The position numbers and the translations under genes are program-made. From contig CAVSBL010000002.1 of the NCBI GenBank assembly GCA_963726255.1, positions 2,208,001-2,272,000 of the forward strand: a stretch of DNA of 64,000 bases, given 5' to 3'. This DNA is from Candidatus Bathyarchaeota archaeon. Its GTDB lineage: Archaea > Thermoproteota > Bathyarchaeia > 40CM-2-53-6. The notes under the pieces were generated by a model. That model ran no database searches, was not told where the DNA came from, and saw only the letters and a program-made list of their open reading frames with translations. Below, piece by piece: positions 10,123 to 20,442 of this stretch (position 1 is its first letter; each line of letters opens with the position of its first letter).

Positions 10123-11134
10123 CCACCTCTTCGCCCTAACGGACCACAATGCGGTTCTACAACACGCAAAGTTCTCCGTTCCCGCAAGAAAAGAGGGGTA
10201 TACGGTCGACGACAACGCCCGCGCCCTAGTCTTCGCAGTTAAGGCAAAAGCTTACTGGCCCACTCAACCTCTTTCAAAGCTACAACGCAAACTGATCAGC
10301 TTTCTGCTTCTCATGCAAGCCGAAGACGGCAAGTTCCACAACCTCATGGATTACTCCCTAAGGTTCATCGACAATCCGACGGTTGGAGATCATCTGGGAC
10401 GGGCAATCTGGGCAGCTGGCTCAGTCATCAACTCAGATCTGCCTAATGGAATGAAAGCCCCCGCTCGAGTCATATTTGATCGAGCACTTCCTTGGGCAAG
10501 GGAATCGTCTTCACCACGAACGATGGCCTATGCTTGCCTAGGCCTTTGCGAGCGACTCAAAGTCGACGCCAAGGACCCCAATTTAAGAGTCAACATTGCG
10601 TCGTTGGCCGACAGCCTAGTCGACTTGTACAACGCCAACCTTGGGCCAGACTGGAAATGGTTCGAGAACGTCATATCCTATGATAGCGCGCGACTACCCC
10701 AGGCTTTGCTCTTCGCCTATCAGTCATTAGGCGCAGATGAATACCTCAAAGTTGCCCAGGAAACATTTCGATTCCTGCAAGAACAGACAACAATTGAAGG
10801 AAAATTCGTGCCCATCGGAAGTCGGGGCTGGTACGCTAGGGACAAGGAGAGAGCTCTCTACGATCAGCAACCCCTTGAGGCAGGAACTATGGTCGAGGCT
10901 GCAGCAATAGGCTACAAGATCACTGGCTCCGAAGTTTACGAGAGGGCTTTGCGTGAAGCGCTGGGATGGTTCTTTGGTCTCAACACCAAGTCTGTCAACG
11001 TCTACGATGAGGCGACAGGAGCTTGTCATGACGGTATAACGGAGGTTGGTTTGAATGAGAATCAGGGCTCCGAGTCCACAATTTCCCTTTTGCTTGCCGC
11101 CGCAACCTTCCTGGAATGCGTTACAAAGGGATGA
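10091..11134 (+). CDS. Predicted (alpha/alpha)6-barrel protein matching the C-terminal domain of long bacterial GT4 fusion proteins
   Basis: LQHA, GYTVDDNARAL, WFE...YDSARLP, DQQPLE, CHDG...NENQGSES. Confidence 0.75.
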   Translation, partial: SMKLQQSVKLDHLFALTDHNAVLQHAKFSVPARKEGYTVDDNARALVFAVKAKAYWPTQPLSKLQRKLISFLLLMQAEDGKFHNLMDYSLRFIDNPTVGDHLGRAIWAAGSVINSDLPNGMKAPARVIFDRALPWARESSSPRTMAYACLGLCERLKVDAKDPNLRVNIASLADSLVDLYNANLGPDWKWFENVISYDSARLPQALLFAYQSLGADEYLKVAQETFRFLQEQTTIEGKFVPIGSRGWYARDKERALYDQQPLEAGTMVEAAAIGYKITGSEVYERALREALGWFFGLNTKSVNVYDEATGACHDGITEVGLNENQGSESTISLLLAAATFLECVTKG

Positions 11135-11149
11135 GCTCTTGGCTGAGGT

Positions 11150-12070
11150 TCACTTCTCTTTCTCCAGTTCGTCAAGGAATTCATCTAGCGGAGAACTCGC
11201 AACACAACAGACTCTGTCGGCTCCGCCATAATAGGTCAACAATTCTCCATCCCAAACTACAGCCCCGTCTGGAAACACAACGTTCGGAACAAAACCTCTC
11301 CTCTCAAAATCCGTTTCAGGTTCGAGGATTGGTGACCTAGTACGGGCAATCACTTTCTTCGGGTCATCTAAATCAAGCAACAGTGCCCCGGCACGGTAGA
11401 TACGGTCGAGGCTGACGCCGTGGTAAAGCACCAACCATCCTCGTTCAGTTTTGATCGGCGGCGGGCCAATTCCGACCTTTCTTTTCTCCCATGGAAACTC
11501 TGCTCTCAGGATCTCATAGTCTCCGAAATGCGGCACGTAGTTACTCCAGAAGCTCCGCGACTTCGCAAGTGATTCGATGCTGTCAAAGTAGGCAATCTGA
11601 ACCTTTGACGCAAGCCGGTGAAGAATAGCAACCTTTCCGTTGATCCGCTCCGGAAAAATCACGCAGTCCTTGTCATTGCGGTCGGGCCCGACCAATCCGT
11701 ACTTTTCGAAATGCAAAAAGTCTTTGGTCGAAGCAAGCGCTATGCGTGGGCCTCGTTGGGAGAAAGCAGTGTAGGTGACGTAGAAGGTTCCGTCGAAACG
11801 TGTTATGCGTGGATCTTCGCATCCGAACTCCTCCCAATCTCCGGAAGAAGTCAGTACCGGTTCCGAGGAGCGCGATTCCAATGTTCTCCCGTCCAGCGTC
11901 CGCGCATATCCCAACCGGGAAACCCCATAAGCATCCACGGCTCTGTAGAGAAGGTGAATGGACCCATCTTCGACAATTGCCCCAGGGTTGAAAGTTCCAA
12001 TCGTCTCCCACCACACGTTGCTTCTAGGAGCGATGATGGGATTCTGCTCATATTTCGCAAGTCTTCGCAT
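11150..12070 (-). CDS. GH130 glycosidase / mannoside phosphorylase
   Basis: FNPGA, LLYRA, GCEDPR, NDKD, LYHGV, VPNVVF, YYGGAD. Confidence 0.9.
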   Translation of the reverse strand: MRRLAKYEQNPIIAPRSNVWWETIGTFNPGAIVEDGSIHLLYRAVDAYGVSRLGYARTLDGRTLESRSSEPVLTSSGDWEEFGCEDPRITRFDGTFYVTYTAFSQRGPRIALASTKDFLHFEKYGLVGPDRNDKDCVIFPERINGKVAILHRLASKVQIAYFDSIESLAKSRSFWSNYVPHFGDYEILRAEFPWEKRKVGIGPPPIKTERGWLVLYHGVSLDRIYRAGALLLDLDDPKKVIARTRSPILEPETDFERRGFVPNVVFPDGAVVWDGELLTYYGGADRVCCVASSPLDEFLDELEKEK

Positions 12071-12166
12071 TCACTATTGCCTGCTCTGTAAGCGTCATGG
12101 TTAAAGGGACGGGTCTCTTCATGCCTAAGTACTAGTATTTGTGTTTGAGGTAGCAGACGGTACTAT

Positions 12167-12655
12167 TCAATTTCGAATCTGTTCTATTTCGTTTCCAACT
12201 AACTCAGCTAATTCGAAGGCTGCTCTCTGTACGGGAGGGCTAAGGGCCTCGCGGAAGGTAAATTCCGGGTTGATGTCGATTGTGAAGATTCTAATCGTAT
12301 GGGGAACTGCACTGTTTTCGAATCTCTTGAAGAGTTCCAAGGCTGTAGCAAAATTCGTGGAATGTGGAGACGATGCGTATTCTGTGCCTTTGAAATGCTC
12401 TGGCGAGAATTCACAGATCTTGCCAACCGTCCCGGTTGAAGCAACCGAGTCTATAATGAAAACGCGTTCATAGCCCAATATCTCTTCAACCAGTCCAAGG
12501 CCGCCGAGGCTCAATTCCTTGAACTCCAAATCGGCTCGTCCGCGATTCCTATCCTTCAGCATTCTCACTACATGAATTCCTACTGCATCGTCACCCATTA
12601 TGGGGTTACCGAGGCCTACAAGCAAAATGGTCGTATGGCTCAGCCCCGGTCTCAT
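12167..12655 (-). CDS. Hydrogenase maturation protease
   Basis: GLGNPIMGDDAVG, IIDS, SSPH; directly downstream of the large subunit. Confidence 0.92.
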   Translation of the reverse strand: MRPGLSHTTILLVGLGNPIMGDDAVGIHVVRMLKDRNRGRADLEFKELSLGGLGLVEEILGYERVFIIDSVASTGTVGKICEFSPEHFKGTEYASSPHSTNFATALELFKRFENSAVPHTIRIFTIDINPEFTFREALSPPVQRAAFELAELVGNEIEQIRN

Positions 12656-12663
12656 GAACGATT

Positions 12664-14124
12664 CTACGGTCTCCGTATGTTCTGAAGGATCGCCCTGTTT
12701 CTGTTGTAGATTTTGATGTCGAGGGGCATCTGGCCTGGTAGGGTGTGGGTTGCGCAGGCGTAGCACGGGTCGTAAGCCCTAAAGGCCATCTCGACCATGT
12801 TCAGAATCCCGTCGGATACTTCCCCTTTCTTGATGAAAATCTCAGCGGCTTGCTTAACCGACATGCTGATTGCCGCATGGTTGTTAGTCGTCGCCACGAT
12901 GAGGTTCACGTTCTTCACCATGCCTTTCGCATCCGTCTTGTAGTGGTGGAAGAGTGTCCCGCGGGGCGCTTCGACCGCTCCCACGCCTTCGTCTGGTGTT
13001 TGCGTCGGGATATTTCGAACGTTCGGGTTGGTAATTTCGTGGTCCTGGCTAAGTTCTAGCAAGCGCTCTGAGGCGTATACCAGTTCGACTAGGCGCGCCC
13101 AATGCGTAGCCAAAGTAGAGTGAACTGGCTTGTGCCCTAATGTTTCGTACATTCTCTTGTATTCGGCTTGTGCAATTGGTGTGGCCATCCCTTCTGCTAC
13201 GTTAAGGCGGGCGAGTGGGGTAGCTTTGTAAACACCGCTCTCCGTGCCCCCAACCAGGCCTTTCCATCCGATCTTCTTGAGGTAGGGGAACTTGAGATAG
13301 GTCCACGGTTCAACGTGCTCCGAGATGTATTGCTGGTAGTCGGCTGCTGGAAACTTTGCGAACTCATGGCCTTCCGGGTCCACAACCTTGATCTTTCCGT
13401 CGTAGAAGTTGACGTGGTTTTGCTCGTCGAGCGTGCCCATGCAATATGTCTCCGTCGCGAACTTGTCGCTTGTTATGAGGCTCACGTAGTCTTTGTTCTT
13501 CAGGACTATGTCGTCGAACAGTTTCATTGTGAACTTTGCAAATTCAACTTCGGATTTTGCGATCGTTTCGATTTTAGTTCGCTCGTCTTCCGTTATGGGC
13601 TTGCTTACCCCGCCGGGGACACCGCAGCTCGGGTGGATTCTCTTTCCACCTATCATCGCAATGACGTCGAGTGCATCCGAGCGGTGCTTGATTACTGAAC
13701 TACCGACCTCTAACCCGACTTTCCCTACTACCCCGAGAATATTTCGCTCTGCTTTCGGCGCAGTCGGTCCCATCACGAAGTCGGGGGCGGCGAGTATGTA
13801 GAAGTGGGTTATGTGGTCTGCGATGAAGAAGGCGCTGTAGAGGAGTTCTCTGAGTTTCTTCGCGGCGGGTGGTGGTTCCACGTGGAACACTGCGTCTAGG
13901 GCTTTGGTGGAGGCTATGTGGTGTGCTTCTGGGCAGACGCCGCAAATTCTGCTGGTTATGTCAGGCATTTCTTCGACAGGCCTGCCCTCGCAGAACTTCT
14001 CAAAGCCCCTCAGTTCGGGGACTTGGAAGTAGGCGTTCTCCACATTTCCTTCGTCGTTGAGGAAGATCGAGATTTTACCGTGCCCTTCAAGCCTTGTAAC
14101 AGGGTTGATTGTAACGGTTTTCAT
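12664..14124 (-). CDS. mvhA: [NiFe] hydrogenase large subunit, group 3c (Mvh-type)
   Basis: TRLEGH, RICGVCP (L1), EAPRGTL, DPCYACATH (L2) with cleavable C-terminal tail. Confidence 0.93.
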   Translation of the reverse strand: MKTVTINPVTRLEGHGKISIFLNDEGNVENAYFQVPELRGFEKFCEGRPVEEMPDITSRICGVCPEAHHIASTKALDAVFHVEPPPAAKKLRELLYSAFFIADHITHFYILAAPDFVMGPTAPKAERNILGVVGKVGLEVGSSVIKHRSDALDVIAMIGGKRIHPSCGVPGGVSKPITEDERTKIETIAKSEVEFAKFTMKLFDDIVLKNKDYVSLITSDKFATETYCMGTLDEQNHVNFYDGKIKVVDPEGHEFAKFPAADYQQYISEHVEPWTYLKFPYLKKIGWKGLVGGTESGVYKATPLARLNVAEGMATPIAQAEYKRMYETLGHKPVHSTLATHWARLVELVYASERLLELSQDHEITNPNVRNIPTQTPDEGVGAVEAPRGTLFHHYKTDAKGMVKNVNLIVATTNNHAAISMSVKQAAEIFIKKGEVSDGILNMVEMAFRAYDPCYACATHTLPGQMPLDIKIYNRNRAILQNIRRP

Positions 14125-15077
14125 GTCTTCGTCCTCCTCAGGAGGGAGTGAGCTAGGCTAAACCTGTAGAATGTGCCCAGCGGGTCGGGGACTGAGTCCG
14201 CGAGTTTCTGTATGTCTTCTTCACTTTGCGCGTCGAAGATTGACGATAAGGCCGAAAGCATCTTTCCGCCTTGGTCAATGGCTTTGGGCAGTGGTCCATA
14301 GCAGCCTCGGCACGGCGCATTCGCGTCTAAACATATGCTTCCACAGCCTCCCCTGGTCGCGGGCCCCATGCAGATTATGCCTTGTTCAAGCAGGCATTTT
14401 TGTGGGTCAGGGATGGTTTGGTAGGTTCTAACGATCTTACTGATCTTTCTTTCCGTCTTGATTCGCTTGCATTCGTGGCATAGGGATTTGTCGGAGGCTC
14501 CCAGAACTGCTCCCTTCGGCGGGAGAGGGCCATTAACGAACAGGTCGATTACCTTGGAGACTTGTTCCCCGACTGGTGGGCATCCAGGAACGTAATAATC
14601 CACGTCCACGATTTGGCCGAGTGTTTTAACGGTGTTGTAGAATTCAGGTATGGTTAGCTCTCCTTCCTTTACTTGCACTTTGGTTTGTGGGAAGGTTTTT
14701 TCGGGGTTGTCTGTTGTTGGCGTTTCCTTGTAAGAGCTTGCGAAGATTCCGTCTCGGTTTGTTGTGTTCGCTAGGCTTGGTATGCCGCCCATGTAAGCGC
14801 AAGCGCCGAAGGCTACAAGCAGCTTGGATTTAGCTCTCAATACTTTAGCTATGTGTTCGTTTTCGGAGTTTTGTATCGCGCCATTCACAAATGCGACATC
14901 TATGCTTCCGTCTGGCATCGCTTCAAGGTCTGAGTACTTGTAATCCATGGCGGCAGGCCAGAAGACTATGTCAACCTTTTTGGCTAGGTCAACTAGCTTG
15001 GTTCCCAGCTCCAGGATGGCTATCTCGCATCCGCCGCAACTGCTTGCCCAGTTGAAAGCTATCTTAGGGTTAGTCAT
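14121..15077 (-). CDS. mvhG: [NiFe] hydrogenase small subunit
   Basis: SCGGCE, GACA, PGCPP, CHEC, CLLEQGIICMGPATRGGC, PCRGCYG. Confidence 0.92.
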   Translation of the reverse strand: MTNPKIAFNWASSCGGCEIAILELGTKLVDLAKKVDIVFWPAAMDYKYSDLEAMPDGSIDVAFVNGAIQNSENEHIAKVLRAKSKLLVAFGACAYMGGIPSLANTTNRDGIFASSYKETPTTDNPEKTFPQTKVQVKEGELTIPEFYNTVKTLGQIVDVDYYVPGCPPVGEQVSKVIDLFVNGPLPPKGAVLGASDKSLCHECKRIKTERKISKIVRTYQTIPDPQKCLLEQGIICMGPATRGGCGSICLDANAPCRGCYGPLPKAIDQGGKMLSALSSIFDAQSEEDIQKLADSVPDPLGTFYRFSLAHSLLRRTKT

Positions 15078-15505
15078 GCTAACACCTCCACTTTCTTCTT
15101 CCAATTCAACGGCCCCAGTGATCGAATATCCTCAGTCATTCCTCTAACAACCCGCGCGTACCTTTCCCCTTCCGAAGCGGAAACCCATTCTAACCTCACA
15201 CGCTCTCGCTCTATTCCGAATTGATCCAGCAATTTCTGCAGCAGCCTGAACCTTCGAAGAGTCTTGATGTTCCCACTCGTGTAGTGGCAGTCGCCTGGGT
15301 GGCAACCAGCGATGAGCACGCCGTCTGCTCCGGATGCGAGAGCCTTTAGGACAAGGGTCGGGTCAACGCGGCCCGAGCAGTTAACTCGTATTGGGTTAAT
15401 GTTTGGTGGGTACTTGATTCTACTCGTTCCTGCTAGGTCGGCGCCAGCGTACGAGCACCATCTGCACAGGAATCCAACGATTTTTGGTTCAAATTGTCTT
15501 TCCAA
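15074..15505 (-). CDS. mvhD: [2Fe-2S] hydrogenase-Hdr adaptor subunit
   Basis: FLCRWCSYAGAD, CSGR, GCHPGDCHY, WVSASEG. Confidence 0.95.
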   Translation of the reverse strand: MERQFEPKIVGFLCRWCSYAGADLAGTSRIKYPPNINPIRVNCSGRVDPTLVLKALASGADGVLIAGCHPGDCHYTSGNIKTLRRFRLLQKLLDQFGIERERVRLEWVSASEGERYARVVRGMTEDIRSLGPLNWKKKVEVLA

Positions 15506-15520
15506 TTCAATCGTACCTCT

Positions 15521-17486
15521 CTATTCGACTATCGCCTCAATCATCGCAACCATCTGTTCATCTGTGAGATTTCGAAGGGTTATCGCACCGGACGGGCAAG
15601 AAGCTATGCAGGTTCCGCATCCTTCGCAGAGGGCTTCCGACACTTCAGCTAGCTTCTCAGTGTTCAGGCTGAGTGCGTCATACGGGCATAGTGGGACGCA
15701 GATACCGCACCCGCTGCATAATTCTCCTACAACTTTGGCAACTGTTGGTTCGCGTTCGAGCGTTGGGCTTGAGAGGAGGTCTAGCGCCTTGCCAGCTGCG
15801 CCGCTCGCCTGTGCCACGGTCTCTGGGATATCTTTCGGCGACTGCCCTGCACCGGCTAGGAAAATCCCTGCCGTCGGGCTTTCTAATGGTCGAAGCTTCG
15901 GGTGTGCCTCTGAGAAGAAGCCGTTCGCGTCGAGTGAGGCTTTGAGTTTACTCGCCAGCTCATGTGATTCTAAGCTTGGGACCATCCCGACCGCGAGTAC
16001 TACTAGGTCAGCATTGATTTGGACGATTTTTCCGCTAAGTGTGTCGACGCCTTTGACGATCAGCTTGCCGTTCTCTTCGTAGACCTTCGCGACTCGCCCG
16101 GAGGTAGAGAAGGCCTTTCTCCTCTTGGCAACGCTTGACGAATTCCTCATATCCCTTTCCACCGGCCCGGATGTCCATGTAGAAGACATAGGCTTGGCCG
16201 TCGGGGACTTTGTGCCTGAACATCATTGCATGCCGAGCGGTGTACATGCAGCAGATTTTGGAACAGTATGGCAGGGCTGTTTCTGGTTCTCGTTGTCCTG
16301 CGCATTGTATGAAGACGATTTCTCTTGGCGTTTGTCCATCTGATGGGCGCTTGATTTCGCCAGTTGTTGGCCCTGATGCTGAGAGCATGCGTTCGAATTC
16401 CATGCTGGTCATTACGTTGGGGTAGATGCCGTAACCGTACTCGGTTAGTTTTGTGGCGTCGTATAACTCGTATCCTGTGGAGACTATGATTGCTCCTACG
16501 TCGAGCTCGTGGACGCGTGGCCACGCATCGAGGTCTATGCAGCTTGTGCCGAATTTGTCACAAGCTTTCTTGCATTCCCCGCATGCTTGGGGTAGTAGGC
16601 CTAGGCAGTTCTTGTCGTCGAGAACGTAAGCCGGCGGCACTGCCTGGGCGAATGGGGTATAGATCGCCTTCCTCCAAGTTAAACCAAAATCAAATTCATT
16701 AGGAACCTGGGCGGGACAAGCCTTTGCACATTCCCCACAAGCGTTGCAATTGACTTCATCGACGTAGGCTGGTTCCTGTCGCACCCGAACCTTGAAGTTG
16801 CCAATGTAGCCTTTCACGTCCTCGACTTTGGCAAGCCTAAGGAGTTTGATGTTTGGGTGCCGGTACACTTCGACCATTAACGGCCCGAGAATACATGTTG
16901 AACAATCGAGTGTGGGGAAGGTTTCGGAAAGTTGGGCCATCCTTCCCCCTATCGTTCCTGACTTTTCAACCAAGTAGACTTGGTAGCCGCCGTTGGCCAC
17001 ATCGAGCGCCGCACGGATGCCTGCTATTCCTCCGCCGATGACGAGAACTTTTCGAGTAACTGGCACGGTAATGGGTTGGAGCGGCTCGTTGAGTTTGACT
17101 TTCTGTATGCTCTGCTGAACCATAACGTTGGCTTTCGCAGTGGCCTTGCCTGCTTCGTCGTGAACCCAGCTGCTCTGTTCTCGGATGTTCGCGATTTCGC
17201 AGTTGTATCGGTTCAGGCCAGATAGTTGTGCGATCGTCTTGAAGGTGGTCTCGTGCATCGCAGGCGAGCAGGCAGCGACGACGATTGCGTCCAGATGGTG
17301 CTGCCTTATGCTATCCTTGATTAATGATTGGCCGGGTTCAGAGCAGAGGTACTTGTGATCGATTGCGAACACTACGTCTTGCTGCTTACCCGCTTTGTCA
17401 ACAACTTCCTTAATGTTGACATTTCCAGCGATGTTCAAGCCGCAGTGGCAAACGAACACGCCAACTCGTTTCATTTCATATCTCAC
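15521..17486 (-). pseudogene. hdrA: Heterodisulfide reductase subunit A interrupted by one frameshift near 16097-16100 (real lesion or assembly error)
   Basis: N part: VFVCHCG, GGGIAG, TFPTLDC, CSKICCMY, FYMDIR. C part in another frame: GRVAKV, GFFSEAHPKLRP, PKDIPET, two CxxCxxCxxxCP motifs. Junction LYLR/GRV. Confidence 0.9.
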
Positions 17487-18367
17487 CCTTTCACCATCGG
17501 TGTTGGCGCTTGGCGTATCGCTTGCATCTGGCGTGGGTCAAGTTCCAGTTCTTCGGGGTGAAGCCCCAAGGCTAGTCCGAGAAGTTGTGTGAAGTAGACT
17601 ACTGGCAGAAATTCATTGGGCGCAGGGTCTTTACCATTCTGAAGCTGGCTGGATTCTAGGTTGTATTTGCAGAGTGGGCAACTCACAGCCAGCAGGTTGG
17701 CTCCGAACGAGCGGGCTGAGCGAACGATGGCTCCCGATATGGGTTGAATATTTCCCGTCGAGCTCACGCCCAGGTATGAACCGCAACAATCAGTCCGCGC
17801 TGGGTAGTCGATTGGTGTGCATCCCAATCTGATTAGTAGGTTCTCTAGGATTGAGGGTCTATTCGGGTCATCAAACTTCATCTCCTCAAATGGACGGAGG
17901 AGCAAACAGCCGTAGTAGGCGCCGACGCGCAGCCCTTTCAAAGGCGCCTTTACGGCCTTTTCGACTGCGTCGAAACCAACACGGTCCCTCAGAATTTCTA
18001 GGAAGTGTATGACGTTTACTCCGCCGTTGAATGATTCCTCGTTGAATGTGTTGATCGCTTGTTGAGAGGAGGAAGTGAGCTTGGCATGTAGGTCTGTTCT
18101 CTTGAGAACATTGTAGCAACCCGCGCACAAAGTTACGAGAGTGCGGTCTTCCTGTTGTGCCCTGGCGAGAATCCGGTTCGGTCCGGCCTTAGTCATGAGG
18201 TTATCGTCCACGTTTGACATAACTGCGCCGCAGCAGAGCTGCCCCTGCATCTCTTTCAATTCAAACCCGAGGGCGCGTGCGCATGCTTTCGCGGATCTGT
18301 CGAAATCCTTCGCCACAGTTCGGAGTGAGCATCCGGGGAAGTAAAGGTAAGACTGCACTTCTTGCAC
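17483..18367 (-). CDS. hdrB: Heterodisulfide reductase subunit B (two CCG domains)
   Basis: YFPGCS, CCG, CAGC, YYGC, CCG, CPLC. Confidence 0.92.
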   Translation of the reverse strand: MQEVQSYLYFPGCSLRTVAKDFDRSAKACARALGFELKEMQGQLCCGAVMSNVDDNLMTKAGPNRILARAQQEDRTLVTLCAGCYNVLKRTDLHAKLTSSSQQAINTFNEESFNGGVNVIHFLEILRDRVGFDAVEKAVKAPLKGLRVGAYYGCLLLRPFEEMKFDDPNRPSILENLLIRLGCTPIDYPARTDCCGSYLGVSSTGNIQPISGAIVRSARSFGANLLAVSCPLCKYNLESSQLQNGKDPAPNEFLPVVYFTQLLGLALGLHPEELELDPRQMQAIRQAPTPMVKG

Positions 18368-18368
18368 C

Positions 18369-18764
18369 TCAATAGGAACTGAGTTTCCTGTAAGCACTCA
18401 CCAAGCCTTGTTGCGGTATCTCAGCGGAAGTTTGCTCGATTCTGAGCTCGTATGGCTCCTGGCGCAATTTGATTGTGCGGAGTGCTTCGCAGATCTTGCT
18501 TACGTCAAGGCCCCTTGGACATTGGGTTTCGCAGGAGAAACATGTCGCGCAGAGCCATGGTGAATTAGCGTCAAGGACTTGCTGAAAGCCAAGCTGCAGG
18601 TAACGAACGATTTGATGGGGAAGTAAATCCATCCGTGAAGCTAGGGGGCATGTGGCCGAGCATTTTCCGCACTGGTAGCAGAGTGCAATGTTCTGGCCGC
18701 TTATCGCTTCCACCTTGTGAAGCAGTGGGCTTGCAACTAAGTCGGCCGATAGAATGCTCGCCAC
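18369..18764 (-). CDS. hdrC: Heterodisulfide reductase subunit C (short)
   Basis: CYQCGKCSATCP and CATCFSCETQCP. Confidence 0.92.
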   Translation of the reverse strand: MASILSADLVASPLLHKVEAISGQNIALCYQCGKCSATCPLASRMDLLPHQIVRYLQLGFQQVLDANSPWLCATCFSCETQCPRGLDVSKICEALRTIKLRQEPYELRIEQTSAEIPQQGLVSAYRKLSSY

Positions 18765-18765
18765 T

Positions 18766-20442
18766 TTATTCCCAGCCTTTTACTGCGAATGCCTCCAGTT
18801 CGATCTTTGCTTCCTTGTTGCGATAGTCCGGTAGCAACATGGGGCTATGCCGGTCCGGCTTGTAGCCAGCCTTTGTCAGCTCCTTGTGGAAGCGGATAAC
18901 GTGGTTGAGTGTTGGTTTCCCGCCGGCTGAGGTTTGCGCTTTCTTTGCGGCGTCGATTCCAGCACGTCTGCCGAAAACTAGGATGTCTAGAAGTGAGTTG
19001 CCCATCAAACGATTTCTTCCGTGTACGCCGCCGGAAGCTTCGCCCGCAACGTACAGGTTCGGCACGTTCGTGCGGCCGTCGACGTCAATGAGTACCCCGC
19101 CGTTTTGGTAATGCTGAGTTGGGTAGACGAGAACTGGATCCTTTCTTATGTCAATTCCGAACCTCTTGAATTGGCGAACCATGGCCGGGGCAAGGCGTAG
19201 GGTTCGGCCGGGGCCTTTCAATTCGTCAATGAGTGGTGTGTCAAGCCATACACCGACGAGCCCGCCCGGCGTTAGAACACCTTTGTTCCTTTCCTTGCAT
19301 TCCCTTATGGTGGCTGAAGAAACAGCGTCCCTTGTCTCAAGTTCGTTAACAAACCGGTTCCCGTCTATGTTGACAAGCTGGGCGCCAAGGCTCCGCATTT
19401 TCTCAGTTATCAGCTGTCCAGAAATCAGTTCTGGGAAGGCTACGCCGGTTGGATGGTATTGGATCGTGTCTACGAAGGCTAACTTGCAACCGGCCCGGTA
19501 AGCTAGTGCTAGTCCGTCGCCTGTCGCGCCGTAGTGATTTGTTGTGGGGAACCCTTGGACGTGTAATCTCCCTGAGCCACCCGTTGCTATTATCGTCGTC
19601 TTTGAACGAACGACCAGGTACTCATCGGTTTCCATGTTGAGAAGTATGGCCCCAACGCAGTTTCCCTCTTCATCGGTGAGCAGTTCTATTGCGGGCGAGA
19701 ATTCAATGACCTGAATGCCGAGGTTGATCACTTCGTCCCGGAGAGTGCGCATTATTTCAGCGCCCGTGTAGTCACGGGCAGCATGCATCCGCTTTCTGCT
19801 TGTTCCTCCCCCGTGCATTGTGACGAAGGTACCGTCAGTCTCCTTGTCGAACATCGTGCCTAGGTCTTCAAGCCATTCAATAATCGAAGGGGCATCCATG
19901 ACAAGTGTTCGAACGAGGCTGGGTATGTTTGTATATCCTCCGCCTCCCATCACGTCAAGGTAGTGAGTGCCGGGCGAATCATTCGCCTTATCGGCGGCTT
20001 GGATTCCACCCTGCGCCATCATCGTGTTTGAATCGCCGAACCTTAGCTTCGTGCACAAGAGCACGTGTGCGCCCTGGTGGTTCGCGGCTAAGGCAGCTGC
20101 AGCGCCTGCGCCGCCGCCTCCTATGACTAGTACGTCGGTTTGAATGTCTGTTTTCGAGATGTCAATCTTTGCTGGGTTTACGCGACTGTACGCTTCAACG
20201 ACTTCGCCTAGCTCGTTGACGATCGGTTCGCCTTTGTTGGCTCCGACGAGGAGTTTCCGCGCCGTGCCGGGCTTATAGTCCGGGTGGAACTTCTCGAGTA
20301 GCGCCTTCTTCTCCTCAGGTTTGAGTTTTGGAAATGTTTGTTTCATGCGCTCCTTTCTGGTGGCGGCAACTTTATCGATCGAACGGCGCATCTCTTCACT
20401 GTAAGTGATTATCGTTCGCCATTCTTGGGATTGCACCGACAA
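18766..20442 (-). CDS. Fumarate reductase/succinate dehydrogenase flavoprotein homolog (TfrA-like, non-covalent FAD)
   Basis: GGGGAG, SNTMMAQGG, QYHPTG, LITEKMR, TRD, HYQNGG, HGRNRLMGNSL. Confidence 0.85.
   Translation of the reverse strand: MSVQSQEWRTIITYSEEMRRSIDKVAATRKERMKQTFPKLKPEEKKALLEKFHPDYKPGTARKLLVGANKGEPIVNELGEVVEAYSRVNPAKIDISKTDIQTDVLVIGGGGAGAAAALAANHQGAHVLLCTKLRFGDSNTMMAQGGIQAADKANDSPGTHYLDVMGGGGYTNIPSLVRTLVMDAPSIIEWLEDLGTMFDKETDGTFVTMHGGGTSRKRMHAARDYTGAEIMRTLRDEVINLGIQVIEFSPAIELLTDEEGNCVGAILLNMETDEYLVVRSKTTIIATGGSGRLHVQGFPTTNHYGATGDGLALAYRAGCKLAFVDTIQYHPTGVAFPELISGQLITEKMRSLGAQLVNIDGNRFVNELETRDAVSSATIRECKERNKGVLTPGGLVGVWLDTPLIDELKGPGRTLRLAPAMVRQFKRFGIDIRKDPVLVYPTQHYQNGGVLIDVDGRTNVPNLYVAGEASGGVHGRNRLMGNSLLDILVFGRRAGIDAAKKAQTSAGGKPTLNHVIRFHKELTKAGYKPDRHSPMLLPDYRNKEAKIELEAFAVKGWE

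Noticed and set aside
15312-16082. 256-aa plus-strand ORF and many similar antisense ORFs
   Set aside because: Shadows of well-supported genes on the opposite strand, with no motifs.
12664-17486. Selenocysteine recoding in MvhA, MvhD or HdrA
   Set aside because: The relevant positions are ordinary sense codons; the hdrA break is a frameshift, not an in-frame TGA.
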